DNA of 64,000 nucleotides, taken from assembly GCA_951406725.2 (NCBI GenBank), contig OX597830.1:24924001-24988000 (forward strand), given 5' to 3'. Below, piece by piece: positions 40,560-54,269 of this stretch; within the stretch, counting starts at the first letter, position 1, and the number at the start of each line of letters is the position of its first letter. A model generated the notes under the pieces. That model was not told where the DNA came from. It saw only the letters and a list, made by a program, of their open reading frames with translations, and did no database searches. The stretch comes from Octopus vulgaris (lineage: Eukaryota). The translations under genes and the position numbers were made by a program.

Positions 40560-40610
<51 letters not shown>

Positions 40611-40612
40611 CT
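40310..40612. repeat. (CT)/(CTTT) pyrimidine tract
   Basis: Read directly from the sequence. Confidence 0.95.
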
Positions 40613-41105
40613 CCTTCACTCATTCACGTCGCTGCTTCCGTGTATGACTTGATAGCAAGATCGACCTCCTTCTCTTATTCTATAGAGCTTTTTTCTCTTT
40701 TCTACAGTTGCCCATGTGAAGTGCAAGCGCACTCGGACCCTCAGCCTCTTGACCCTACGCGAAATCAAAGACCTGAGCAGCAGAGGGAGAAAAGGCTGAC
40801 TCTATCTAAATTGCACACGGAAGCAGAGTTTGTATGAAGAGGACTTTTAGCTGCCTTATTATATAACATCTTGAGCAATGCTTAGCTGTTGCTTCGAGAT
40901 TGTTTATTAACCACCACAGCTGACCTCTATATTTATCGAGAGGCCGATCCATTATCCGCTACTTGTGGACACACCCTATTGCAGTCTAGCTCTACAAAGG
41001 GTTTGCCTAGTATAAAGTTCTGCTTAATAGTCTATAATGACGTCAAACTAAATAGGCGTTATACTAATTGAAAATGAAAAAAGAAACAACAACAACAACA
41101 ACAAC

Positions 41106-41163
<58 letters not shown>

Positions 41164-41299
41164 TATTCGTAACAAATCTTGTATTTTTCAATTTTTGGAA
41201 CTGGAATTAGAACCACACCTTTTATTTTTATTTTTGCTTGCGATGAAGTGAAGATATTATTCGGAAAATATAAATCCAGAGATAAACCGGTCGTCTGCG

Positions 41300-41724
41300 T
41301 CAGTGTTGGAACAGAATACCGAAATAGAATCATGAGAAATAAAACAAAATAAACAAAACAACAATAGAGCAGCGAACAAAAGTGTAAAGTCCATACAAAT
41401 AGGCTGCGTGGAGGGAACCTAAACGTTTCGGACAATGGTCTTTCGTCAAAAACAGAAAAGTGAGAAGGAGAAAGAGAGCATGGTGAATGGTAGAAGAAAA
41501 CTGGGTAGAGCGGCCGTGTGAAGAAGATTAGCGTTTTGTAGACAAAAGAACGAGAGTAGAGGGAAATAAGTGAGGTAAACAAAAGAATGGGTAAGAAAGT
41601 TTGTGACCTTCCGTGTGTGTGTAGGGAAATATGTGTGAGTATGCTGTGTGAGGGTGTGTATACGTGTGCATTAGGGGAATAGATGTGCATATGATGTGCT
41701 ATTGTGTTGATGATGTGAAGAGAG

Positions 41725-41730
<6 letters not shown>
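41300..41730 (-). mobile_element. PLE pLTR-type fragment with degenerate hammerhead (41418-41453)
   Basis: Minus strand: tTGACGA aagac catt gtcc GAAA cgtt tagg; same layout as 49243-49277. Confidence 0.5.
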
Positions 41731-41760
<30 letters not shown>

Positions 41761-42554
41761 CGGGTAGGATCCGACGTGAAGTACATGTGAGGGCGTTTAT
41801 TGGTAAATTTCACGATACAGAAGAAGAGAAGGCGCAGGCGTGGTAAGGTGCTTGCTCTTCAACCACATGGCTCCGTGTTCAGTCCCACTGCGTGGAACCT
41901 TGGTTAGATGTCTGCTACTATAGTCTCAGGCTGACCAAAGCCTTGCGAGTGGATTTGGAAGACGGAAACTGAAAGAAACCCGCCATATATATATGTGTGT
42001 ATGTGTGCGTGTCTGAGTTTGTGTTTGCCCACCACCACCACCACCACCACCACTATTTGACAACCAGTGTTGGTGTGTTTACGTCCCCGTAACTTTGCGG
42101 TTCAGCAAAATGGACTGATAGAATAAGTACCAGGCTTTAAAAAATAAGTACTGGGGCCGATTGTGACCTAGCATGGCCCCCGTCTAATGGCTGAAACAAG
42201 TGAAGGATATAAAAGATACGGGGAAAGAGGTGAGGTCATGGAGTGAGAAATGGAATATATTTGTAGAGGAGGGAGAAGGAGAAGGGGGAAAAAAGATGAA
42301 AGAGACAGAAGACATGGAGAGAGAGGGGGGAGAGATACGAAAAGACGAAAGCTGCCGCTAATAGACACACACACTCATACATACACATACACACAAACAA
42401 ATATGCATATATACACATGCAGAAAGAGTGGCAAATGTTGAGAGAGAGAGAGAGAGAGAGAGAGTGAAATGAACAGGGAGATAGAGATGGTAGAGAGAAA
42501 AAGCAAGAGAGAGAGGGTGAGAGAGAGAGAGCGAAATGAGCAAGGAGATAGATG

Positions 42555-42609
<55 letters not shown>

Positions 42610-43257
42610 AAATGTATACAATATAGATTACCCTGTCTGTCTCCTGTTTTCTTATCCAATGCCACACTAAAGCTGTCACATATTCTATTTATACATTGGA
42701 TGCAATGTCAATATATTGGCTTACAATTCTTTTTTATTCGTTTTAAATTCCATGAAATAATTTCGAAAAAATCTACCGGACGCTTGTTTTGCAAAAGTAA
42801 CTCAGCTTCATTTACATACTTACATTACGCGGGGGAAATATAGCATAATGTGCATTATTCTGGCAATGTGCATACTGACATCGCGTGCTTTATTCTGGCG
42901 AAGTGCATTATTCTGACAATGTTTCGCACGCGCAACATTAAGCAGCGTCGACCCATTAGAAGCAATTAAAATGTAATTGACGTATACCAAATTCAACGCT
43001 TGAGAGAATCTAGAGAATATTATGTCCAGTGCTATATTGTCTTTGAATTCAGTTCAACGTTCATTCTGTGACATTATGGCATGGCATCTCTTTCTCTTTA
43101 CATTCTCGAAGCTGTGTCATTTGTCATATTAGCCTAAATACGAAATACACAGCATCCTTATCGCCTATAGAGTTCCAATGAAAATTCTTCTGCTTCTTAT
43201 TCTTATAATAATAACAACAACAACAACAACAATAATAATAATTATTATTATAGGATT

Positions 43258-43513
43258 GATGTTATTCCTCCAAAAAGTAACGAAACAATAAAGAAGAATG
43301 CGACTGTTATCAAATTAACAATATTTCGACATCTCGTGTGTCTTCCACAGGTTCAAAAATAAAATTGTCAATCTCCTTCATTTTGGTAATATTTATAGGA
43401 TCGATGTTACTCCTCCAGAAAGTAAAGAAACAATAAAGAAGAGTGTATCCCACAGACACACGAGACGTCGAAATATTGTTCATTTGATAACAGTTGCACT
43501 CTTCTTTATTGTC
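43258..43513. repeat. compact direct plus inverted duplication between (AAT)n tracts
   Basis: 43258-43302 recurs directly at 43403-43445; ~43286-43342 recurs inverted at 43455-43513. Confidence 0.8.
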
Positions 43514-43689
43514 AAATAATAATAATAATAATAATGATATAATAAGTGCTAACTGCAAACGTGAACAGACTGTTATTTGAAAAGAAAGAATGGGGGTAGC
43601 GAAGTGATTACTATAGACCAGTGGTTCCCAACCAATTTCTGGCCATTCCCCACCGAATCATTTCTAAAATCCTGATGCCCCCTTGTGAT

Positions 43690-43913
43690 ACTCTCTCTCT
43701 CTTTTTACTCTTTTACTTGTTTCAGTCATTTGACTGCGGCCATGCTGGAGCACCGCCTTTAGTCGAGCAAATCGACCCCGGGACTTATTTTTTGTAAGCC
43801 CAGTACTTATTCTATCGATCTCTTTTTGCCGAACCGCTAAGTGACGGGGACGTAAACACACCAGCATCGGTTGTCAAGCGATGGTGGGGGGACAAACAGA
43901 CACACAAACATAT

Positions 43914-43944
<31 letters not shown>

Positions 43945-44117
43945 CATATATTCGACAGGCTTCTTTCAGTTTCCGTCTACCAAATCCACTCACAAGGCAT
44001 TGGTCGGCCCGAGGCTATAGCAGAAGACACCTGCCCAAGATGCCACGCAGTGGGACTGAACCCGGAACCATGTGGTTGGTAAGCAAGCTACTTATCACAC
44101 AGCCACTCCTGCGCCTA
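43690..44117 (-). mobile_element. full-length young SINE family A
   Basis: CpG-intact reverse complement of the family; very similar to 57490-57878. Confidence 0.9.
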
Positions 44118-44249
44118 TATTTAATTTTTGTTATTCAAAATTTGGTTAATGTTTACAATATTACCTGGAAACAAAATTTTCAAAATTGTGCAACGGATGT
44201 AAACAAAAATGTGTAAGAAACGTATATGAAAAAAAAAATGCGCGGAAAT

Positions 44250-44830
44250 CAACGAGGTGGGGAAGACTTCGGAAAATTCACAAGATCCGAGTCTTCCCCT
44301 CAACTTTTAGGAAAATGCTTTTTTTAAATGAAATTTTATATAAATACCTTTCAACCGGCATAGATTACGATTATAAAGAAATTTGTGGAAAAATCTTTTC
44401 CGAGGGCTGGGGAGAGGACTTCGGAAAATTCACAAAATCCGAGTTTTTCGTCCATAACTTGGTGACACTTTATCGTGGATAGCGGATATAAATCCAAGGA
44501 AACAAATATGGACGACTTGTTCAGAAACACTCGCGAGTGGGGAACAATTCTCAAAAATAGCCCCCAATTATTTTCCTCCAAAATTCCTATATCCACGGAA
44601 TCTACATAGTCCGAGGTATATTTATAGATAATTTCATTAAAAAATATCAATTTTCTTGAAAGTTAAGACGAATTGAAGTGGAGTCCGGTGAAATTTCCGA
44701 AACTCCCCACTCGAACCCCTCGTAAAATACTTTTCCCACAAAATTTTGTATATTCGGAATCTACATGATATAACACATATTCGTAGACAATTTCATTAAA
44801 AAATATCCATTTTTCTGAATGTTACAATCA
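44250..44830. mobile_element. foldback-like element with ~155-bp modules in inverted orientation
   Basis: Module ttcggaaaattcac...aatgaaatt...tagatt.cg...tttgtgg on + at 44260-44445 and on - at 44595-44830. Confidence 0.6.
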
Positions 44831-45396
44831 TCCAAAATCGGTGGGTAGGGGCAGAAATCTGTAGTTATGCCTAAAAGATTTCAGTATAAACTTGCGGAAA
44901 ATATGCTCAAAAAGTAACAAAAATCTTCCGTGAATCTTCTCAGCTGCAAAAGCCTTTGTATCAATGATGAAAGTTTTTTCTTACCTTTTTGCTGAATTCA
45001 CAAAACTGGCTGGTGGGAATAAAATGATCTGTTAATTTTCATCTCTGTTCATATATACACGTGCGCGTGTGTGTGTTTGTGTGTGTGTGCGTTACCAGTA
45101 CCTTAAATCTCTATCTATCTACCTGTTTCCCCCCTCTCTCCTCTCTCTCTCTGCCTCTTTCTCTACCTTCACAGACGCTACCCCTTACTTCCACAACATT
45201 TCAACTCATTTCACACCATTCGATTCTTTCATCCCTCACCCCACAACGCCATTTATTGCCCTATCAACACTCTGCAGTACCACATTTTTCTTGTGTACCT
45301 AGATTTTTTGTCACCAGAAATATAAGAGTCACTACTCTTAGACACACTCGCACACATAAGTCTGTCTCCAGTTTATTTCTCCATAGGGAATTAAGA

Positions 45397-45496
45397 NNNN
45401 NNNNNNNNNNNNNNNNNNNNNNNNNNNNNNNNNNNNNNNNNNNNNNNNNNNNNNNNNNNNNNNNNNNNNNNNNNNNNNNNNNNNNNNNNNNNNNNN
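45397..45496. other. assembly gap (100 N)
   Basis: N run; attaaga occurs on both sides. Confidence 1.
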
Positions 45497-45549
45497 ATTA
45501 AGATGGCATTGCTTTCAGTACTGACCAGTTCTATACTACATACACGCAT

Positions 45550-45608
<59 letters not shown>

Positions 45609-47344
45609 CGCGCACACACACACACAAACACAAACACACACGCGCACACACACACACATACGCATTTGTAATTACCTACATGTTTTCACATGCCACTAAA
45701 TCGAAGAAAATAATCTTATTCCCTTTTTAGTGACATCAGATCTTATGAATATGATGAAAACGACCTGTTGTTTCTAAAGCGTCAAAAATTTGATAATTGT
45801 CCACAGAAGGGATATAAAGAATTTTTTTAATAATTCATTATCGAATTACCCCCTTTCTCTTATTGGTATACTAAACATTGTGTACAAAAAGTATAAGTTC
45901 AACATAACCCTACGCTTACCTCACCAAAATATTATTATGCCTCACCAAAATACCATGACCCACGTTGGGAAAGGAGAACTCTTGCCGAGTATTTGATAAA
46001 TAGCGACGAAGATCTGCTGCAATATACCGGGACCCATATTATTATTGATAATTTTAAATGATTTAGGTAGAACGATGGTGGTAGAAACATATATGCTCAC
46101 ACTACAACCGTCAGCATCTCTTTTCCGAAGCTTATAAAACCGAGCTCAGTTCAAAATTACCAAAACCAAAATGTACAAAATAGGAAAATGGAAATGCTGC
46201 TTTCGATTCTTTGTATATGGTAACATTCTCCTGGATAAAGCGACTCTCCAAGCCACAATCAAACATAAGACTCCCTTTGACAAGTCGTGAAGAAGTTGAA
46301 TACTTTTGACTATCAAAATATTAGCCGTAAATCTAAAACAGCTGTTATTGCAACAACCACTGACACTGACTGTCAAATTGTTTGTGTAGTGTCAAATTGT
46401 TTATCTAGTGTCAAATTGTTTATCTTATGACAAAAGTAATCCAATAGCTTGGTTTACAAAAACATCGCTTGATGCTTATAAAGCTAAAAATGCATGCGGT
46501 TGATGAAAAAAGGTATCATGATTCTTGATGCTGTAATCTTATACTTTCACGGAAAAAAAGAACAAAGACAGAAAATAGTGTTGAAATATCTAGAATACAT
46601 TTATTACTATTAAAACGAACAAATTGCTCATCAGATGTAAGACATGCGTTGATCTTGGATTAATCTCAGAAATTTTCTTATCACTGGGGATCGCATCGAT
46701 ACTATTAATATTCATTTTACATTTTGGTACAAGGCCAGTAAGTTCGGCGAAGGGGGTTAGTCGATTACATCGACCCCATTGCTCAATTGGTGCTTAATTT
46801 ATCGACCTCGAAAGGATTAAAGGTAAAGTCAATCTCGGTGGAGTTTGAACTCAGAACTCAGAAGGACGGACGAAATGCCGCTAAGCATTTTGTCCGGTGT
46901 GCTAACCATTCTGCTAACTCACCACCTTATGAATGCTATTAATATTGGTTTCAAATTTTGGCACAAGGCCAACAATTTCGGAGGAGAGGGTTGGTCGATT
47001 TCTGGTACTTATTTTATCAACTCCGAAAAGATGAAAGTGTTAGTCGATTACATCGACCCCATTGCTCAACTGGTACTTAATTTATCGACCCCGAAAGGAT
47101 GAAAGACAGAGTCGACCTCAGCGGAATTTGAACTCAGAACGTAAAGACGGACGAAATGCCGTTAAGCATTTTGCTCGGCGTACTACCGATTCTGCCAGCC
47201 CAGCTCGCCGCCTTGGACGCTATTAATATTATTACCAATAACTAGAAACACAAATCTGTTTCATGCATGTGCGTATCTGAACTAAATTAGTGAGCAAAAA
47301 TATAAATCTCATATGATACAAAAGGAAATAGGAAGCACTTTATA

Positions 47345-47525
47345 CAAAAGGAAGAAGCTGTTCACAACTGGCATATGAGAATAACTGAACGGTTTTTGAA
47401 GCATATCCGACATCTCTCATCTCTTACTGTTGGGGATAAAGTCATATTACAACATCAGATCGGGCCAAACTACTACCAAAATAAGACATGATTAGAAATA
47501 AGGGTACACGAACCTGATCAATGTA
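47345..47525 (+). mobile_element. Gypsy LTR-retrotransposon integrase C-terminal remnant
   Basis: KEEAVHNWHMRITERFLKHIRHLSSLTVGDKVILQHQIGP. Confidence 0.55.
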
Positions 47526-47649
47526 CATGTATGTGTGTGTGTTTGTGTGGATGTAACTGATGCTGTGTACACTCAAATGTAGAAATGACCTTACATACGG
47601 GCACGCACGCGGACATACACATATTGGTTAGTAGTTCATATATCCTAAA

Positions 47650-48870
47650 AGAAGCACATGCGTATATCACCATCAAAGACCACAAACCAAACTTTGCCTC
47701 TAAACTTCAAATGCCACCTGATCATCCCAGCTAAATCGGAAGTCAGACCGGTGAGCAAACATATGCTAAGAAAGATGAACGACGACATAAAGAGGATATC
47801 CAATCTCTCCTTATGGCATAATACTAATGAAGTTATTTCTTGTTTAAAGCTAACTAGAGTAGAGGCAGAGCAAGGTTCACCCAATACACAATATGATAAA
47901 ATCGTTTGTAGCCGTCTATAGCGAAATGGTTTTTGGTTGAGGCACTTACAGTCACTAGGAATTTTACTGACATTGGTGATAGGGATACAGATGTAGTTAT
48001 GCTAGGAAAACGCTGCTGTTCTATAAAGATTCGGCCTGAGTCAAACAAACTGACAAAGTGTGCTCCTCCGACGCGGCGATGAAAGCATTTGACAGCGCGG
48101 ATATCTGCAACGTCATAGGATTGTATATACTGAAGACCTTAACAGGGAGGTTCCCGTCATGTCTATAAAGAGATGACGCTTTAACGCTCTCTTGAGGCGA
48201 TAGCGAGCATATACTAGGTAGACTTAGAAAAGACCTAATTTGTATCTTTTGCTCCCTTGGACTCGAGATTACCATTGAAATTAACCTTACTATTGTTAAC
48301 TCTTTAGACACTAAACTAGACCTGGGCACTTGTTCATAGAAGCACTACCGCAAACCAAACGAAAGGCTATTTATATTGATACAGTCCCTTTCCACCCACC
48401 TATCGTGTTCCAGAACATAGTGAAGGATGTCAGGAAAATAATTTCGAATCCGTCCACCAGTAAAGAAATTTTCGACGCCGCAGTCCCCTATTACAAGGAG
48501 ACTTTGGCATCCAGTGAGTTTAAGGACGGCATCTACTATATGCTGGGTCCTAACAGCCACAGAAGGAAGTGCCACCATAAAGTCGTTTGGTTTTCACCCC
48601 CCTTCTCACTCAACGTCAAGACTTATGTGGGAATGATATTCCTTAGATTAGTGGCCAAACACTTCACACTGTCACATAGATACGAGCGTTTGTTTAATAG
48701 ACACAACTTAAAGGTCTCTTTCAGTTTGCCCAGCATGAAAAATATATTATTCAACAGCCCTAAACCATGCAGAGAGGCTGGATGCTCACGGAAGGCTAAC
48801 AACGAGTGCCCAGTGGGGGTAGATGCCACTCCGAAGGAGCAGTGTATAGGACTGGGGTGGTGACTAACAC
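47650..48870 (+). mobile_element. Penelope-like element RT/thumb pseudogene
   Basis: LIIPAKSEV...LWHNTNEVI, LYRDDAL, VNSLD...YRKPN, HPPIV, VVWFSPPFSLNVKT, LFNRHNLKVSFS; frameshifted. Confidence 0.88.
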
Positions 48871-49242
48871 TGATGACTGCAGCGGCAGCGTTTCCTCTTA
48901 AATCGGTTTTGCATGCTGACTAACCACAGCGAATGTTGGTGATACCCGAGTTAGTAATAAGTTGCTCGATCGACTCTGGTAATTTTTCTCGCTTGGTAAA
49001 TCCGAGTGTCCTACTCAGGAGTGCATATTTGCCGTAGAGCAAGTAATAATATTAATAATAACCAAGAGAACGGAGATGATTTCCCACATCTACAATTTTA
49101 TTATTGAGCAGTTATAAGAATGCTGTTATAAGAAAGGTGTAAATAACTGTTTAATGAAATTATAGATGTGGAAAATCCCCGTTCTCCTGATTATCAACAC
49201 ATTTTATCTGTCTTCCCTTCTCTGGATCTTTCCTTATTCTAT

Positions 49243-49277
49243 GTTTCCGACGAAGAGCTCCGCTCGAAACGTTAAAC
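49243..49277 (+). ncRNA. minimal hammerhead-like motif in a PLE pLTR (49057-49365)
   Basis: gttt CCGACGA a gagc tcc gctc GAAA cg TT aaac; one core substitution (U4 to C). Inverted arm 49057-49100 / 49157-49198. Confidence 0.6.
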
Positions 49278-49362
49278 CCTCCTTCCTGACCGTCCAATAA
49301 TACTATATTTGTTCCACGTCCTCGCGTTGTTGTGTTTTCTCTTTGTGTTTTCATGTTTGGAT

Positions 49363-49409
<47 letters not shown>

Positions 49410-49535
49410 AAGTATTAGTTATAGAACAAACATTAATTTTGGGTCAACGACTTTACATACAACACCACCCCTCAAACATTTATATTTGAGCACTTCTTTT
49501 GCAGTCCTATAAACCCTTATTATTCTTGTTGTGTG

Positions 49536-49583
<48 letters not shown>

Positions 49584-49686
49584 AAAAGGGTGAAATTAAT
49601 TAATTAGGGATAATTATCAATTACACCAAGTAGATTTCGGTATGTAAAAGCCCCATTCGAGGAAAATTTAAGTAATACTAAGTAAT

Positions 49687-49938
49687 TAAGGGTTTAGCAA
49701 CGAATTGCCTCACCAACACACCGAATTTAGAAATAGCAGTCAAAGAGATATCGCTATTCCTTCTACTAAAAGGGGGATCTCAGCAAAAACACAGCACTTA
49801 AAAGGCAAACACGGACAGGTAAGAAAGAAAGAATGAAATGACGGCAATCCGATCCCCCTTTTAGTAGAAGGAATAGCGATATCTCTTTGACTGCTATTTC
49901 TAAATTCGGTGTGTTGGTGAGGCAATTCGTTGCTAAAC

Positions 49939-49943
<5 letters not shown>
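49687..49943. repeat. perfect 93-bp inverted repeat with 71-bp spacer, beside (TA)n
   Basis: 49687-49779 is the exact reverse complement of 49851-49943. Confidence 0.95.
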
Positions 49944-49983
<40 letters not shown>

Positions 49984-50539
49984 GAATAAGAAGACAACGA
50001 AGGACTTTAACATATCTTTAATGATCAGTTACAATTGTTTCTTTACCAACTCTGATTTCAACGCTAGTTTACGCAAAAGTTCATGGCGAAAATTTACGTA
50101 ATATTTTGATTTTAGTCATTAGAGTGGCAGTTCGTGAGACCTGCTTTAAAGGAGCACTTTTACACAAGCGCGCGCACACACACATACTCACACACATACA
50201 TATACATTTGTGAATTTTTAAACACTACCTGACGTTTCATATGTTATATATCGCAATTTTTAAGTATTCCACTTAAAATAATGGTAATCCATCTCCATTT
50301 TAGGGTCCGCTGCGTGAGTAATCTTAAGTAGGCAAATCCTCAATGGAGACGAATAACCATAATTTCTAAGTGCAATACTTGAAAATTGCGAAATATAACA
50401 TATGAAACTGAAGGTAGTAGGAAAATCTTCATCCACCAATGAAGTGCTGAGTGAACTCATTATCACTGCTCGCCAATACCATGTGTGCATGTATGTATAT
50501 ATGTATGCATACAAATATGTGTGTGTACACACACACTCA

Positions 50540-50592
<53 letters not shown>

Positions 50593-50759
50593 GTACATAT
50601 ATATTTATATACATATATATATATAGCGGCAGACATGGCTGTGTGGCTGTGTGGTAAGAAGCTTGCTTCCAAACTGCATGGTTCTGGGTTCAGTCCCACT
50701 GCGTGGCACCTTGAGCAAATGTCCTCTACTATAGTCTGTGGCCAACCAAAGCTTTGTGA

Positions 50760-50816
<57 letters not shown>

Positions 50817-51229
50817 GTGTCTTTGTGTTTGTGCTTATCCCTCGCCATCGTTTGACAACCAATGTTGGTTTGTTTACCTCCTTTTAACTTAGTAGCTCGC
50901 CAAAAGATACCAGTAGAATAAGTACTAGGCTGGCAAAGAATAAGTCCTGGAGTCGATTTCTTCGACTAAAAAACCCTTTAAGGTGGTGCTCCAGCATGGC
51001 CGCAGGCAAATGACCGAAACAAGTAAAAGAATAATTGAATGTCAATTTACACTTCTAAACATGCTGAGGACTAGAGGTAAGCTCTCGTTAAGTGAAGTCT
51101 GTATTATTTTCCCAGTTGTAATTATTTCACTTAATCTTCTATGAGAAGTTGAAACCCTTCAACCAATTTATGGGAACAAAGGGGCTAATTTCTTTATAAA
51201 TTGGGATTGATTCTAGTAAAAGAAGAAAA

Positions 51230-51281
<52 letters not shown>

Positions 51282-52569
51282 CTCAGAACTGAACTATATA
51301 AAGTTTCACAGATCTAAAGAGTACAGACATTCTGATCATTCGGGCGCTCAATAGAAACGTGAATTTTGCGTCTGTGAAACTTTAAGTAATAAGATTGTGA
51401 GTCAATGAACTAAACAGAAATATTTAAAATCCATTACGTGCTGAGTGCTCTTATCTTTCGTTCATACACTTATTTATGTATGTGTGGAGAGAAAGAGAGA
51501 GTGAGGGTAGTGAGAGAGGGAGAGGGATCGTGTAAGAAAGGTGCGATTGAGAAAGAAAGAGAGATAATAAAATAGATAGGTTTATATATTTATCCAAACG
51601 CACACAAACACATACATACATACATACATACATACATACATACATACATACATACATACATACATACATACATACATACACGCGCGCGTGCGTATGCACG
51701 CTACATTGGATTTATAATGCTATATACCTACTGAAGATTGGTCGTGGATCGTATAGGTAAGAGATACATAGATAAGAAGGTAGCTTCTGGAAATGTAAAA
51801 TGTGCCGAGAAAACAGCCAAGAATCGGAGATTACTGCCAAATATTTTTCCAGATAAAAAGAATTAAATAATATCCAATCCTACATACGAAGATAGAAAAT
51901 TATCCGTACATTATACGCCAAAATAATATCTAGGCTAATTCAATAAATATCAACGGTTTTCCTATGGGACTTGGAAGAATTGCTCTGATGGACAAAGCAA
52001 AACAGCAGACATCGCAGGATGTATCCACATCTTGAAAGATAAAAAAAATATTCCACTTAAATCCATGAGATGTGAAATATCTAATCTAAAATTGAGGATG
52101 AGAACGTTTAAAAACGAAGTATTCCGGAATCAGCAAACTTTGTACCGTCATTAGTTCTCATTATTCTTGAATTTTATTTTTCTATCTCTTGTTGGTAATG
52201 CAATACTATAAGAAAAAATGGGTTTCATTATTTCCGTTAATTCAAACATAAGAAATAACTATTGTGGAATTAAAATCGTTGTTAAAGAAAACTAATAGGA
52301 ATTCTGTAGGAATTACTATTTGGCCAGACGATGGAAAGGTACAACTGTGAACGGTTGTATCTAATTGATTTCACCAGTGGAAATTTAATTCATTAGTTGC
52401 TGTAACTTACAGTTATATATCAATAGAATGATTATGAAAGAAAAATGAAAGCGCCGAGAAGCGCTAGAAATAATATCAATCAAACCCATCACTTTATTGA
52501 TAAAATGTATGGTCAGCATCTCTTTATAATTAAACTGTATTTGGCAACAAAGATTTTGTCTTGGGGAAA

Positions 52570-53400
52570 CAAAAAGAACTATCCAGAAAAAAATGGGTTA
52601 TATTTGTGGACAATATATATACCCTCATAACAACGAACAACGTAGCTACATCGTCACAGATGACCTTTGTCTTCAAGTACTATTTTGGTTGTAAAGTAGC
52701 AGCACGACGGAAACTGGACACCATATATTTGTTGGATGCAATGCATTGAATGAACTACGGCTTGGATGAATTGTAAAAGTAAAGCTATGCTATACGCAGA
52801 CCTCATGATTTCGTGTGGCCCACCAAATGATTATGATAATTGTTATTTTCATATGACAAATATAGCTGATTTCACAAAAATAAAGATAAATAAAAGATTA
52901 ACAACCCAAGCTTCCAGCCAGCCTTAAAACCAGCACCAAATTATGAAACAAGGCAAATAACAGTTCTTCTGGGGATTCGACTAGTGACCTGGAGACAGAA
53001 ACATAGCATAAATATCCCAGATGCAGAAATTCCCACATCTGCAAAGTAGAGTTAAATGATTCGGTGCACGATTTGGAATTGAAAAAAAGAAAAGGTAGAG
53101 TTATTTCGTTCCAGACTTCAAGAATGCAATCTTCTTCAACCAAACACCATTCTTTTTTTTCCTGTTTTTATGATACCATCATCGTATGAAGTATTCATCC
53201 TTTTTCTCATAAAGAAAAGGTGTTTGTCTCTATAGTGATATCAAAGATCTGATACAAGATATCAGCTGTAACTATGATTCTCGAAGAATGCAGGTTTTAT
53301 ATTGCCTCTTGTGGAGTGAATCTAAAAGCTGCACAGTATTAATGAGGAACATCCAGAATTTGCAGCACATGATGTTAACATTATTTAAACATGACTAACG
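52570..53400 (+). mobile_element. decayed DNA transposase, Chapaev3-like
   Basis: YYFGCKV, WTPYIC, DNCYFHMTN, ELNDSVHDLELKK, SRLQECNLL. Family name assigned from motif recall. Confidence 0.6.
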
Positions 53401-54269
53401 CAAAAATACCATAGTTTGCTTATACAATAGTAACCGAGGAGGAACAGAAAAGGGCAGAGTTTACTTTAAAATGTGGTTTTCAGAACTAAATTCAGTATCG
53501 CTGATTAATAGGAAATAGTAGTTCCCATGTCTGTAACAAAGAAGTTCAAGTTTGTCACCCGGTGTGATCGGTTCTTAAGCGATGCTCAAACATAACCTAG
53601 GGTGTTACACATCAGATATTTATATGAAATGAAAATTTCGAAAGAAATTGTTGTATTTCAGTATGTATGTGTTTGCGCTCACCAAATTCCATTTTTCTGG
53701 AAGTGTCGGACACACACACACGTAGGTAATCTTATATCGAAGATTAGAAATGCTATGTTGTCTACTAAAACAAGGGATGAACGATATTTTAGTCGAATGT
53801 GCTATGATGAATAGACACAGGAGTTGCACTACCGTCTATTCATTTGTAGAAAGCAACTTGTATTGGCCTTTACTGTTTAACCCAAGGTTAACTCCTATGA
53901 GCAAAACTATGATCAAATGAGTCCAAGCTAAGATGTTTCGTTTTTTTTTTATTTCAGACACGGTGCATCTAGGATAATATTATTGTATATCAAATACATC
54001 TCTTTTCTTTAAGGAAAGTGATGAAGATTTAACTGCTATTACAATCAAGTTCACGTCCACGCAAATGATAGGTTAATTGTCATTCATCCACGAGATACCT
54101 GTTTCAAAGTTCCTGACGATGGCCCCCCCCACAGACCGATCTTAAAATATGATGCAAACATAAATTGATATATATTCGCTGTTGTTTTGTTATCCCTGAT
54201 CGATGGGACCGATGGTCAAAGATATTTCAACCGTGACCATCACGTCCCTTCAGACAGTCCATCTGGCAG

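Noticed and set aside
40708-40832. Possible plus-strand exon after a strong polypyrimidine acceptor
   Set aside because: No recognisable product or partner exons; the acceptor is explained by the pyrimidine-rich context.
45390-45503. attaaga duplicated across the N gap as a TSD
   Set aside because: More simply a scaffolding or contig-end overlap; contiguity across the gap is unverified.
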